Shown here: in pieces, positions 18,301 to 26,956 of the stretch | How the letters are laid out: the number at the start of each line of letters is the position of its first letter | How positions within the stretch are numbered: the first letter of the stretch is position 1 | Virus record (IMG/VR): IMGVR_UViG_3300023117_000010 | Coordinates: 1 to 64,000 of that record | Reading direction: 5' to 3' (one strand) | Length of the DNA: 64,000 nucleotides | DNA from: a virus | Program-made: the position numbers and the translations under genes | The notes under the pieces: generated by a model | What the model was told of the DNA's origin: nothing | The model's database searches: none | What the model saw: only the letters and a program-made list of their open reading frames with translations

Positions 18301-19116
18301 ATGAGTATCAACAAGGCAACAGAAACGCTCATCACCCGGCTTGTGGCTTCCATTGAGTCGCAGCGTAAGGCTATTGACAATACCCTTACTCAGTATGTCC
18401 AGCGCGGTGAGATTGAGCGGGCCGAAAAGGTCCACGGAGAACACCGCAACGGCGACCACGCTGTAAGCATTCGTCGCCCCCGCAAGATTCGCGTGGCTAC
18501 GATGGAGGCAGCGATTGAGTGGATTTCCGCTCATAAGCCTGCCGGTGTGAAGGACGTAATCAAGCGCACCCGTTGGCAGACGAATGGTGCCATTGACTAC
18601 TACATGCAGGTCACGTTCAACGACATTCCGGCATTCAGCGACTACTGTGGGCCGCAGGCCGCTATCATGTTCGCAGAACGGGTATCAGACCGTCGGGATG
18701 CGGCGTGCAAGGCGCGCGAGGAAGTTATGGCGTCTTATGATGCGATGAAGGATGAGGTCAGTCAGGCCGTCCGTGAGGTCACTAACCTCACTATCAAGAT
18801 GCGGCATGAGAAGCGTGACAAGGATTATCGTCGGCAGGTGACTTCGCTGAACGGTCAGATGCGTCGTGACCTTGCTCACGCCTTCGTCGCTACGACGGAC
18901 GAGGAAATCGGCTACCTGTGCGACACCGCCCGTAGCCTGTATATGCTGCTCCCTTCCGGGCAGGACGAGGCAGCGTTGCGGGCTTATCAGTCGGTCACTA
19001 GGTTCCTTGATGCTCGCAGGAGGGCGGCTAGGTTGCAGGACGAGGTTATGGAAATGACTGAGGCTTGCGACGAGTTTGAGCAGAAGATTCGTTCCGGCAC
19101 GCTGGTCGCAGCCTAA
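18301..19116 (+). CDS. Helical/coiled-coil early protein
   Basis: 271 aa ORF, AGGAG RBS, biased codon usage. Confidence 0.85.
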   Translation: MSINKATETLITRLVASIESQRKAIDNTLTQYVQRGEIERAEKVHGEHRNGDHAVSIRRPRKIRVATMEAAIEWISAHKPAGVKDVIKRTRWQTNGAIDYYMQVTFNDIPAFSDYCGPQAAIMFAERVSDRRDAACKAREEVMASYDAMKDEVSQAVREVTNLTIKMRHEKRDKDYRRQVTSLNGQMRRDLAHAFVATTDEEIGYLCDTARSLYMLLPSGQDEAALRAYQSVTRFLDARRRAARLQDEVMEMTEACDEFEQKIRSGTLVAA

Positions 19117-19166
19117 CAAAGTTCTAACCTCCCTTCCCTTGATTGTTGTGGGGAAGGGAGTAGGCT
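19113..19166 (+). promoter_or_regulatory. Early promoter P2
   Basis: ctaacaaagttctaac...TTGATT-16-TAGGCT; 10-bp inverted repeat around the -35. Confidence 0.65.
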
Positions 19167-19200
19167 CTAGTCAAGAGAAAGAGAGAAAGAGAGAGACATT

Positions 19201-19461
19201 ATGGTTCGCAGGTTCTACTCAGGAAGCAACAAGGTGACTGCTCTTCGCACCAACGATGGGAAGTGGATTATCAACGAAATCACCAAGACCGTTCCGGTGA
19301 ATGGCTACTTCTACGACAAGCCGGGGAAGTACCTTGGCTCTGTTGAGAAGGCGGGCAGCAAGTGGAACGTCAGCAGCGCGGAGAACGGGAACGTACCGGG
19401 CTTTGGCACGCTGGCCTCAGCGGTTGCCTACCTTATGACAAGGGAGGCGCAGCGTGCCTGA
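19201..19461 (+). CDS. Hypothetical early protein
   Basis: First ORF after P2. Confidence 0.75.
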   Translation: MVRRFYSGSNKVTALRTNDGKWIINEITKTVPVNGYFYDKPGKYLGSVEKAGSKWNVSSAENGNVPGFGTLASAVAYLMTREAQRA

Positions 19462-19774
19462 GAACAAGGATAGCGATTACATAAACGAACACCCAGATTA
19501 CTACGGAGAGGAAGAAGGTAATCGTATGAGCAACCTTGCAGACCCGAAAGTGACCATCGCAAAGAATGACTACGGAGTGTATGTCACTATTGACTTCCCT
19601 ATTGTGGATGTTGATGGATACGAGAGTACGGCGTCTTACACCGTTTGCTTGGAGAACACCCCTTACGATGATGGTACGCCAAACGCTAGCGTTACCTTCC
19701 ATGACAATCAGCAGTTTGACGACACGCACTATCGTAACGTCCTGCCAGAGTTTCGGATGAAGGAGATTGACTGA
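19454..19774 (+). CDS. Hypothetical acidic early protein
   Basis: GGAGG RBS; overlap with neighbours. Confidence 0.7.
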   Translation: MPENKDSDYINEHPDYYGEEEGNRMSNLADPKVTIAKNDYGVYVTIDFPIVDVDGYESTASYTVCLENTPYDDGTPNASVTFHDNQQFDDTHYRNVLPEFRMKEID

Positions 19775-20001
19775 TGGAGAAGGTTCCCGCTTACATCCTG
19801 ATTGCCCCGGTGACTGATGATGGTGATGAGTTTCGTGCTATCGTCCCCACTCACAAGGGTAAGCCGTTGGGTATGATGGAGATTCAGCAGTACGACGAGG
19901 ATGGTTGGGTGAACGTGGATTGGCTGTATGTAACGGATGAGGACGTTCAGGCTCGCTTTGAGTCTTGGCTGTCTCGCCGTAATGGGAAGGGGAACGACTG
20001 A
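19774..20001 (+). CDS. Hypothetical early protein
   Basis: TGATG coupling; junction motif. Confidence 0.75.
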   Translation: MEKVPAYILIAPVTDDGDEFRAIVPTHKGKPLGMMEIQQYDEDGWVNVDWLYVTDEDVQARFESWLSRRNGKGND

Positions 20002-20231
20002 TGGACGACAAGACTTACGCAGGGCTTATCGAAAGCATGAAGGCCATGACTATCCCGCACGCTATGGTTATCGCCGGTAACGCTTACCGTAGTGGTGGCA
20101 AGCATATGGCAGAGAACGCGGCCCTGCTTGCTATGCTTATCGCTGAGAAGGCTGGCGGCAACATGCGGGTTGCGGCTGAGACAGCATGGAACGCCGCGAA
20201 CGCGATTGAGAAAGATAGGGGGAACGACTGA
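20001..20231 (+). CDS. Hypothetical Ala-rich early protein
   Basis: TGATG coupling; junction motif. Confidence 0.75.
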   Translation: MDDKTYAGLIESMKAMTIPHAMVIAGNAYRSGGKHMAENAALLAMLIAEKAGGNMRVAAETAWNAANAIEKDRGND

Positions 20232-20581
20232 TGAAGAATTACGACGAGCAGTACGATGTGGTGGAGAACATGACCTTTGAGTTCGGTCATGGGACGACCG
20301 TGAGCGACGTTCCGCTGTGTGAGGACGAGTTCTACTACTTCTACATGGTTGTCGGAATGGTCAATCGGAACGGCTACTCCGTTTACTACGAGGGTTCGGA
20401 CGACCTTGACGAGTTGTACGAGCAGGCCGCAACCATCATTTACGACAATGCCTTTGACGGCGCTAACTCTTTCGTCATGGCGACCCCTATTGCTATCGTG
20501 AACACCGTGACTCACAGGATGTATGAGCCTATGCTTCCTGCTATGGTTCAGTTCCGCGAGACTACCGGCATCTTTCTTTAG
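20231..20581 (+). CDS. Hypothetical acidic early protein
   Basis: TGATG coupling; junction motif. Confidence 0.75.
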   Translation: MKNYDEQYDVVENMTFEFGHGTTVSDVPLCEDEFYYFYMVVGMVNRNGYSVYYEGSDDLDELYEQAATIIYDNAFDGANSFVMATPIAIVNTVTHRMYEPMLPAMVQFRETTGIFL

Positions 20582-20598
20582 GATAGGGGAAACGACTG

Positions 20599-20808
20599 AT
20601 GAATGAGTATCAGGAGAAGGCACTTTACCGACTCAACGCTGTTGATGGGGCCGAGCCGGTCTATGAGATTGGTATGACCCCGGACGGTAATCTCCTTGTG
20701 CAAGACGAGGACGGGTGGTATTATCTTATTGACACGGATGGAGAAGTTTATGCCGCGATTTGGACTAAGGACTTACCGCAAGGGCATGTAACGAGGGAGA
20801 GTGACTAG
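20599..20808 (+). CDS. Hypothetical acidic early protein
   Basis: Junction motif start. Confidence 0.7.
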   Translation: MNEYQEKALYRLNAVDGAEPVYEIGMTPDGNLLVQDEDGWYYLIDTDGEVYAAIWTKDLPQGHVTRESD

Positions 20809-21046
20809 AATGTATTACGTTATTGCTGAGTACCCGCTTGGTCAGATGGAGGCCGTACAGAAGGTGATTGAGGAAGTTACGGAATCCTTTGGAGTGGCAC
20901 ACGATTCCGGCGCAGGGTTTGGTATTCGTGATGTATCGTTCTATACTGACGACGAGAGCGAGGCATGGGAGATTCTTTCTTTCCTGCGTGTAAGCAACCC
21001 GCAGCCTGTGAATGACTCTATTGAGTTCTACGATTGGGAGGACTAG
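20801..21046 (+). CDS. Hypothetical acidic early protein
   Basis: GAGGGAG RBS; DSGAGFGIRD motif. Confidence 0.7.
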   Translation: MTRMYYVIAEYPLGQMEAVQKVIEEVTESFGVAHDSGAGFGIRDVSFYTDDESEAWEILSFLRVSNPQPVNDSIEFYDWED

Positions 21047-21047
21047 C

Positions 21048-21242
21048 ATGTTTGTAGTTGTTACCATTACCAACACTCACACCAACGTCATTGGGCCTTT
21101 CCTGCTCCATGAGGATGCCGTAGAGTGGGCGCAGAAGTGGATGGAGCGTATCCCCGGCGTGGCTGGCGTGGCTGGCCTGCTGGATAGCGATGAGGCCGCA
21201 GGGTGGGCTGGCTTTGAGTGGACTACTGAGGAGGTCATGTAA
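21048..21242 (+). CDS. Hypothetical early protein
   Basis: GGAGG RBS then ATG 21048; IGPF....A..WA motif. Confidence 0.7.
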   Translation: MFVVVTITNTHTNVIGPFLLHEDAVEWAQKWMERIPGVAGVAGLLDSDEAAGWAGFEWTTEEVM

Positions 21243-21244
21243 TA

Positions 21245-21463
21245 ATGATTGACGAGAACATCATTGCAAGGGCAATCAACGCGGTGGATAAGGATTATTC
21301 GGTTGAGTGGGACGATGAGCAGCAGTATCCGTCCCTGATTGTGGACGAGATTGTAGATGCTATTATTGACGAGATTCGTTCCTCGTCCCCGCTCAATAAG
21401 TTTGACAAGGATGATTTCCGTTCCAAGTGCTTTGAGGCACGCAACATTCAGTACGGGAGGTAG
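21245..21463 (+). CDS. Hypothetical acidic early protein
   Basis: GGAGG RBS; FDKDDF...C C-terminal motif. Confidence 0.7.
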   Translation: MIDENIIARAINAVDKDYSVEWDDEQQYPSLIVDEIVDAIIDEIRSSSPLNKFDKDDFRSKCFEARNIQYGR

Positions 21464-21467
21464 AGTA

Positions 21468-22028
21468 ATGCCTAATTGGTGTCAGAACATTCTTACTGTA
21501 AGCGGTCCTGTGGAGGCTGTGGATAAGTTCATTGAGGTTGTCAAGACTGACGACTCTCCCCTGTCTCTTTCAACGCTGTATCCTCTCCCCGACGATGTGA
21601 AGCGTGGCGAGGTTCTTACTCACAATGGAGTGTCCATTCCCACTATGTCCGACGAGGAATACCGCTGGCATGTGAAGCATTGGGGTACTAAGTGGGATGT
21701 GTGTGATGTTATTTCACACGAAAGCGTTAGTGATGGAACCAAGACTGTCACCTATCGCTTTGACTCCGCATGGTCCCCGCCTGTTGAGTGGATGGAGCAT
21801 GTGGTAATGAATAACAATGACCTTATGGATGGTCTTTCATTCACGCTGGCATACTGTGAGGCTGGCGGGGGGTATGTTGGAGAGGCAAGCGGTGATTCCA
21901 GCGTCGGCATCTATATTGACGATATGGAAGATTTGTATGACCTTGAATTCGCGGAGGCCGCAGAGTCGGTTGGATTTGAGGGATATGTTGAGATGTATGA
22001 GGAATACGAGGGCAACACGATTTACTAA
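21468..22028 (+). CDS. DUF1281/YubB-like ferredoxin-fold protein
   Basis: MPNWCQN.L.VSG...HWGTKWD...FDSAWSPP...Y.E.G signature. Confidence 0.8.
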   Translation: MPNWCQNILTVSGPVEAVDKFIEVVKTDDSPLSLSTLYPLPDDVKRGEVLTHNGVSIPTMSDEEYRWHVKHWGTKWDVCDVISHESVSDGTKTVTYRFDSAWSPPVEWMEHVVMNNNDLMDGLSFTLAYCEAGGGYVGEASGDSSVGIYIDDMEDLYDLEFAEAAESVGFEGYVEMYEEYEGNTIY

Positions 22029-22078
22029 CACTTTCTTTACATCCACTCTCTTGACAAGGGTGGACAAGAGAGTAGAGT
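22025..22078 (+). promoter_or_regulatory. Early promoter P3
   Basis: ctaacactttctttaca...TTGACA-16-TAGAGT. Confidence 0.75.
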
Positions 22079-22106
22079 TCAGGACAACACAAACAAGGAG
22101 TGCAAC

Positions 22107-22397
22107 GTGAACATGAGTGACCCGATGTATAAGATGGTTGTGGAGCCGATTATGGAGCGCATCATGGAGGCTAATGAGATTGGCCGCGAGTACGCGGAGC
22201 GTTACATCCGTGATACCGTGGAGAGCGCGGTAGAGGCTGAGACTTACCACATGGGCGTTGAGATTGCCGCCATGAACGAGAGGGTTTGCGAGTTGGAGGG
22301 CGAGGTTGAGTCCCTGATGCATGTTGTTTCGATGTTGGAGGACGAGCATCGCGCAAAGACGAACAAGAGTTGGCTTGACCGCCTGCTCGGACGCTAG
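22107..22397 (+). CDS. Coiled-coil early protein
   Basis: AAGGAG RBS; C-terminal SWLDRLLG. Confidence 0.75.
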   Translation: MNMSDPMYKMVVEPIMERIMEANEIGREYAERYIRDTVESAVEAETYHMGVEIAAMNERVCELEGEVESLMHVVSMLEDEHRAKTNKSWLDRLLGR

Positions 22398-22407
22398 GAG
22401 GATTACC

Positions 22408-22572
22408 GTGAGTGAGACTTATTCTTTCGAGATTACCGCTAACCATATCTTCGATGTAGAGGCTGACAGTTTCTCCGCTGCCCTTGACGACGCGGAGGCG
22501 CAGGGCGAAAAGGTGAAGGCCGCGCTTGAGGCTTTGGGCTTCACTATCCTTGAGATTTGCGAGTTCGACTAG
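22408..22572 (+). CDS. Small acidic protein (DpnD/PcfM-like motif)
   Basis: AGGAGG RBS, GTG start; VEADS...A pattern. Confidence 0.65.
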   Translation: MSETYSFEITANHIFDVEADSFSAALDDAEAQGEKVKAALEALGFTILEICEFD

Positions 22573-22582
22573 GAGGATTGTA

Positions 22583-22942
22583 ATGATTACCAAGACGCTT
22601 ATCGGTCGCGTGCCGGTTGATTCCGGCCAGATTATGATTGTGGACCCTTGCTATGTCCTTGATGGTGACGTTCGTTTTGCAGAGGACAACAAGACTGTGA
22701 CTAGCGATAACCCTTACAGCCGTGCCTGCGCTGCTAGCATGGGTGGCGAAATGGCCGGTCCCTTCTCTACGCATGGTGGTAACATGGATGATGCTGTGTG
22801 CAGCAGCAGCGGCTACGGGGACGGTATGTACCCTGTGTATATTGAGTACGAGGACTGTGGTAGTTGGGGAGTCCGTGTCAAGAGCATTACCATTGAGTTT
22901 ATCAACGAGGATGACGAGTGGTATGAGGATGAAGAGGACTGA
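22583..22942 (+). CDS. DUF4241-like protein
   Basis: VDSGQIMIVDPCY...SGYGDGMYPVY signature. Confidence 0.75.
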   Translation: MITKTLIGRVPVDSGQIMIVDPCYVLDGDVRFAEDNKTVTSDNPYSRACAASMGGEMAGPFSTHGGNMDDAVCSSSGYGDGMYPVYIEYEDCGSWGVRVKSITIEFINEDDEWYEDEED

Positions 22943-22944
22943 TA

Positions 22945-23097
22945 ATGACTAACAAGCAGCGCAAGAAGTTTCGTCAGGAGACTCGCACCAACGGTCAGCG
23001 GTTTGACGTTATGCATTCTCGCATTCATGGTGTAGAGTCCAACAAGACAAAGCGCCGCAAGGACAAGCAGCGTGCGCGTGTAAGTGGATGGGAGTGA
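22945..23097 (+). CDS. 50 aa highly basic peptide (not in ORF track)
   Basis: MTNKQRKKFRQETRTNGQRFDVMHSRIHGVESNKTKRRKDKQRARVSGWE; GAGG RBS; fills the operon gap. Confidence 0.6.
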   Translation: MTNKQRKKFRQETRTNGQRFDVMHSRIHGVESNKTKRRKDKQRARVSGWE

Positions 23098-23306
23098 ACA
23101 TGGATACTGACCTTATTTGGATGGACCTTGATACAGGTAGTTGGGGTGGTTGTGCAAGCGATGGTATGCTCATTGTCCAGCGTGGTATGCTTTCTGACGA
23201 GGACCGTGAGATTTTGGAGGACGACCCTAGCGAGCGCGAGGTCTATAAGATTCTTATGAAGTATGTCAGGCTCAACAAGCATTCACACATCGTTACTCTC
23301 GGCTAG
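23088..23306 (+). CDS. Hypothetical early protein
   Basis: ORF in operon; start may be 23100. Confidence 0.65.
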   Translation: MGVNMDTDLIWMDLDTGSWGGCASDGMLIVQRGMLSDEDREILEDDPSEREVYKILMKYVRLNKHSHIVTLG

Positions 23307-23318
23307 AAAGGAACAATA

Positions 23319-23642
23319 ATGACTACTATTCCAGAACTGACTAACGAGGTTATTCTTGGCGTTCTCCAAGAGATTGAGGACAATGGTAATTACATTTCAT
23401 ACCCAGAGGCAGATGTTCTTCTTGACCTCCGGTGCCAGCAAGACAGGCCGTGGCTTCTTGTAGAGCGTAAGCCGGGGGAGCGTGAAGTTTACCTGTCTAT
23501 GCATCGCTCTCTTGACGCCGTTGAGTGGGCTATTCAGGAGGCTATGTGGGATACTGAATGGCGTCCTGTCGCTATTTATGACACGGAGAACGGTACGCGC
23601 CATGAGATTTACCTGTCCATTCAGTTTGAGGGGATGGAATAA
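23319..23642 (+). CDS. Hypothetical acidic early protein
   Basis: AAAGGA RBS. Confidence 0.75.
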   Translation: MTTIPELTNEVILGVLQEIEDNGNYISYPEADVLLDLRCQQDRPWLLVERKPGEREVYLSMHRSLDAVEWAIQEAMWDTEWRPVAIYDTENGTRHEIYLSIQFEGME

Positions 23643-24016
23643 TGGATTGGACTCAGGCTATTGAGCAGTACGAGGATGTTATCGTGGATTTCGATACCTC
23701 CACTAATGTTTATCGGCTCTATTGGGAGTTTATGGATGAGGGTTATTGTGGAGACTTTGACCCTAATGACGACGAGGACTCTCCGCTTCTCCGCTTCACC
23801 ATTGTCTTGGTGGACGACAAGAATGGTGAAGTTGCACTAGAGGATGCGTCTTATTGTACGCTCAACGATGTTTCTACCAATCGTGAAGATTTGGTAAAGT
23901 TGGGAACAAACATCCTTGCTACCCTTGCAACCAAGTACGACAACGACTACTCTTACAAGCATGAGTTGGAGGAAATGTCGTGGGTACGAGCGGGAGGTAA
24001 TCATGTTGGAGCCTGA
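23642..24016 (+). CDS. Hypothetical acidic phage protein
   Basis: EG..GD.DP.D.ED..LLRF...DASYCT motif; TAATG coupling. Confidence 0.75.
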   Translation: MDWTQAIEQYEDVIVDFDTSTNVYRLYWEFMDEGYCGDFDPNDDEDSPLLRFTIVLVDDKNGEVALEDASYCTLNDVSTNREDLVKLGTNILATLATKYDNDYSYKHELEEMSWVRAGGNHVGA

Positions 24017-24179
24017 TTATTATTTCGATGGACGCGCTTGTTATCTTTCCTGTGATGTAGGCAGCAACGATGATTGCGGTTACAGGGACGACGAGGGACA
24101 TAAGCGCGATGAGCCGTTCAATATTTACAGCGAGATTGTTGGAATCTACGAGGATTGGAAGGTGATTGGTAATGTCTAA
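24003..24179 (+). CDS. Small acidic protein
   Basis: GGAGG RBS, ATG 24003. Confidence 0.6.
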   Translation: MLEPDYYFDGRACYLSCDVGSNDDCGYRDDEGHKRDEPFNIYSEIVGIYEDWKVIGNV

Positions 24180-24480
24180 TATTTCACCCGTTGCAAAGCA
24201 GATTATTGACTGTATCCCCGTTCTTATCCGCCCTGCACTTGGCATTGACGAGGACAGTATGGTAGATGTAGACGAGAAGCGTGGTGGTGTTCGCTTCCAG
24301 ACTGATAAGGGACTTACGTTTACTATCGTCAATAACTTTTGGGACTATTTCGACTTGACTATCACGGATGCTGATGGTAACGTGGTCAAGGCGTGGACGG
24401 AGGACGACGAGAGTATTCCTGTTCAGAGTCTCCCGAACGCTTGGAACCTGTACGAGTTTGTGATGATGGAGGTACTGTAA
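24172..24480 (+). CDS. Hypothetical early protein
   Basis: AGGTG RBS; operon context. Confidence 0.7.
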   Translation: MSNISPVAKQIIDCIPVLIRPALGIDEDSMVDVDEKRGGVRFQTDKGLTFTIVNNFWDYFDLTITDADGNVVKAWTEDDESIPVQSLPNAWNLYEFVMMEVL

Positions 24481-24710
24481 TGACTGATTGGAACTCAAAG
24501 GCAGCGGTTGTTCTTACGCTGAACGAGTATGATTTTCTGCTGACGCTTCTCCGTTGGCGCATTGACGAGATTGAGGACAGCGGCATCCACGACCCTGACG
24601 ACGAGAAGGATATTGAAAACGCGCAGAAAATTATTGACACTCTTTACAAGCAGATTGGCCCGCTTATTGACGAGGCGGTTCACAACATCCTGTCGAACAA
24701 GAAGGTCTAG
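24480..24710 (+). CDS. Hypothetical early protein
   Basis: GGAGG RBS, TAATG coupling. Confidence 0.7.
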   Translation: MTDWNSKAAVVLTLNEYDFLLTLLRWRIDEIEDSGIHDPDDEKDIENAQKIIDTLYKQIGPLIDEAVHNILSNKKV

Positions 24711-24712
24711 AA

Positions 24713-25198
24713 ATGTTTTATGAAGGCATTGACATTTATGGTCAGGAGTGGAAGCCGGGAGACAAGGCACGCTTTATGTCAAAGGTTTACAGTCACCTTG
24801 ATGATTACCTGCATTGGGACGCCGGTATCACTTGGTATCCTTTTACTGACCCGATTGACGGAATGGTTTATGGAATCGTCGCTTATCCTGACTACAATGA
24901 TGCTATTTATGTTGGGCAGAAGTTGGGTAAGGCTATCCTTGATTTTGAGTGTGATTACTCTTACACCATGAGGGATATGTTCTTTGATGCAGAGGAATAC
25001 ATCTTTGGCCCACACATTTGGGATGGGACAGGATGCTATGCTCACGGTTGGTATGAGGATGTAAAGGCTGCTTGCATTGACACGATTATGGACTATTACA
25101 ATAATCTTTACAAGTCAAGCCTTGACAGCGACGACCCTGAGACAGTAGAATCCGCACGATTTGACCTTTACAATATCCGTAGGAGTTTGGAGGGATAA
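24713..25198 (+). CDS. Hypothetical acidic, aromatic-rich protein
   Basis: 161 aa ORF in operon. Confidence 0.75.
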   Translation: MFYEGIDIYGQEWKPGDKARFMSKVYSHLDDYLHWDAGITWYPFTDPIDGMVYGIVAYPDYNDAIYVGQKLGKAILDFECDYSYTMRDMFFDAEEYIFGPHIWDGTGCYAHGWYEDVKAACIDTIMDYYNNLYKSSLDSDDPETVESARFDLYNIRRSLEG

Positions 25199-25199
25199 T

Positions 25200-25544
25200 A
25201 TGAGTATTGAAGATTACCTTGCAAAGACGAATGCAGCATACGACCGCTATCACGATTACCTGCGTGTTCTTTTCAACAATGCAGCCAACATGAACGAGTT
25301 TGGGCCGGGTAAGATTTTCAGCATTGTTGTTGCTGACACTAAGGCTCACTACGTTGTTACTGAGTGTGATGATAAGACCGCTACTATTGAGTATGTATGG
25401 CCGGAAGATGAAGCAGACGATGAGTATATTGACCTTTGCACCGACCCTTTTCTTGGTACGGGCGGCACTTTTGACCGTGATAGGATTGAGCCTCTTTGTG
25501 CATACAGCGACAACCTCACTAAGATTTTTGGAGGCAGCAAGTGA
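25200..25544 (+). CDS. Hypothetical protein
   Basis: GGAGG RBS; VAD..A.Y.V motif. Confidence 0.7.
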   Translation: MSIEDYLAKTNAAYDRYHDYLRVLFNNAANMNEFGPGKIFSIVVADTKAHYVVTECDDKTATIEYVWPEDEADDEYIDLCTDPFLGTGGTFDRDRIEPLCAYSDNLTKIFGGSK

Positions 25545-25993
25545 GTAAGACTATGAGTGAGATTGCTGATGAACTTGGCCGCTGGTTGAGCGACGATAAT
25601 AATGTTGGTAAGGAATGGTATGGGCACAACTTTGACCGCTTTGAGCGTCGGCTTACCATCATGGCCTGTGATTGGCTTCATGACGCTGTTGTGAATAACC
25701 CCGACGACGACCTTTTTGATGCAAGGCTTGACTTTTGCGAACATATGGGCTGGAATAACGGTGCAGATGTGCTAGATTGGTTCAGCAACAACCCTCGCGC
25801 AAGCGATTATGTAGATGATTATACAAGCGATTTTTACTATTTTAGCGACAACAATGACCTTGATGGAACAGGCATTATTTATCAGTTGATGAGTGGTGGT
25901 ATTTATGTCGAAGCAACTTACGCTTGGAATGCAGTAGAGGATGCAGTTAGTAAGGTTTACAACGAGAGTAATAAGGAGGGCGACAATGCCTAA
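25541..25993 (+). CDS. Acidic protein, possible Ocr-like DNA mimic
   Basis: D/E-rich helical protein with DVLDWFSNN.R..DYVDD; resemblance only. Confidence 0.6.
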   Translation: MSKTMSEIADELGRWLSDDNNVGKEWYGHNFDRFERRLTIMACDWLHDAVVNNPDDDLFDARLDFCEHMGWNNGADVLDWFSNNPRASDYVDDYTSDFYYFSDNNDLDGTGIIYQLMSGGIYVEATYAWNAVEDAVSKVYNESNKEGDNA

Positions 25994-26240
25994 GATTATT
26001 TCAGATGAGCATTACAAGCGTATTTGTTGTGGGATTCGGGAGCGAGCAGACGCGATGTACGATATGGATACTAACGAGTTCTGGGAACTATATTATGACT
26101 CCGACTACGAGCAGGAATACGTTAATAACGGCTATGTCGGATATGATAATGATAGGGACGGAACTCTTTTTGTAGATTGGTTTATTAACCATGAGATTCT
26201 TTCTGAGATTGATTGGTTTAAGGACATTCCGCAGGACTAA
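25986..26240 (+). CDS. Hypothetical acidic protein
   Basis: AAGGAGG RBS. Confidence 0.7.
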   Translation: MPKIISDEHYKRICCGIRERADAMYDMDTNEFWELYYDSDYEQEYVNNGYVGYDNDRDGTLFVDWFINHEILSEIDWFKDIPQD

Positions 26241-26289
26241 CAAAGTCATTACATTTATGTCTTGACAACAAAACGTATACGAGTAAAAT
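26237..26289 (+). promoter_or_regulatory. Early promoter P4
   Basis: ctaacaaagtcattaca...TTGACA-16-TAAAAT. Confidence 0.75.
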
Positions 26290-26302
26290 ACTAAGCAATC
26301 TA

Positions 26303-26719
26303 ATGAAAGAGAATGAAATGAATAAGACAGTTGTTGGTAAGGTAACTGTATCTGTAAATGTTACGGACAAGTTGGTTAGTGATCTTCTTATGACGGCTTT
26401 TGATTCCCATTACGGCAGCGCAAACTATTGGGCAAACTATCTTAGTCGTGAGGGTAATAACGCAAGCGACATTCTTGATGAGATTTGGTATTCAGTAAAG
26501 TTTCGTGAGCCTGACGAGGCAGACACTATTCATGAGGTCAATGTAGATAAGGTTGTAGAGGCAATCTCTAAGATTCTCAACAACGAGGTTCAGGCTGCGG
26601 ATTATCTCGTTGAGTATCTTCGTCAGGCTGTTGCTAACGACGATTCTGGTTACGCTGATGGTGATGTTGCTGATGTTGTTGTTCAGGTTGCTACTTTCGG
26701 AAACATCGTTTACGGATAG
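26303..26719 (+). CDS. Conserved phage hypothetical protein
   Basis: NYWA...D...ADVVVQ.A.FG.IVYG family motif; first gene after P4. Confidence 0.8.
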   Translation: MKENEMNKTVVGKVTVSVNVTDKLVSDLLMTAFDSHYGSANYWANYLSREGNNASDILDEIWYSVKFREPDEADTIHEVNVDKVVEAISKILNNEVQAADYLVEYLRQAVANDDSGYADGDVADVVVQVATFGNIVYG

Positions 26720-26764
26720 AGAACATAATGCAGATCAAGACGACTATGTTTGTGGGTTGATATA

Positions 26765-26956
26765 ATGATTACACTAAAAGAGGCACAAGAACTTGCTGAA
26801 ATTATTGGATGGCTAAATGCTATTTGCATGGACAGTCAGCCAGAGGACACTATTGTTATTACACCGGGTTTTAAGAGTGAGATTCGTAGGGCACTTGAAA
26901 TTGCTAACTTGGTTCAGTATGATCTTGAAAACAATAACCGCTCTGATGAGTCCTAA
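26765..26956 (+). CDS. Hypothetical protein whose 3' end overlaps the hammerhead
   Basis: ORF; its stop TAA falls at hammerhead stem/loop II. Confidence 0.6.
   Translation: MITLKEAQELAEIIGWLNAICMDSQPEDTIVITPGFKSEIRRALEIANLVQYDLENNNRSDES

Larger units (their letters stand above)
17724..20601 (+). repeat. Seven copies of a 17-nt start-associated motif ARGGRRAACGACTGATG
   Basis: 17724, 17963, 18103, 19760, 19987, 20217, 20585; each ends in a gene start codon. Confidence 0.85.

Noticed and set aside
17724-20601. CTGATGA in the junction motifs as additional hammerhead cores
   Set aside because: No stem II, GAAA or stem III follows; explained by TGA/ATG overlap
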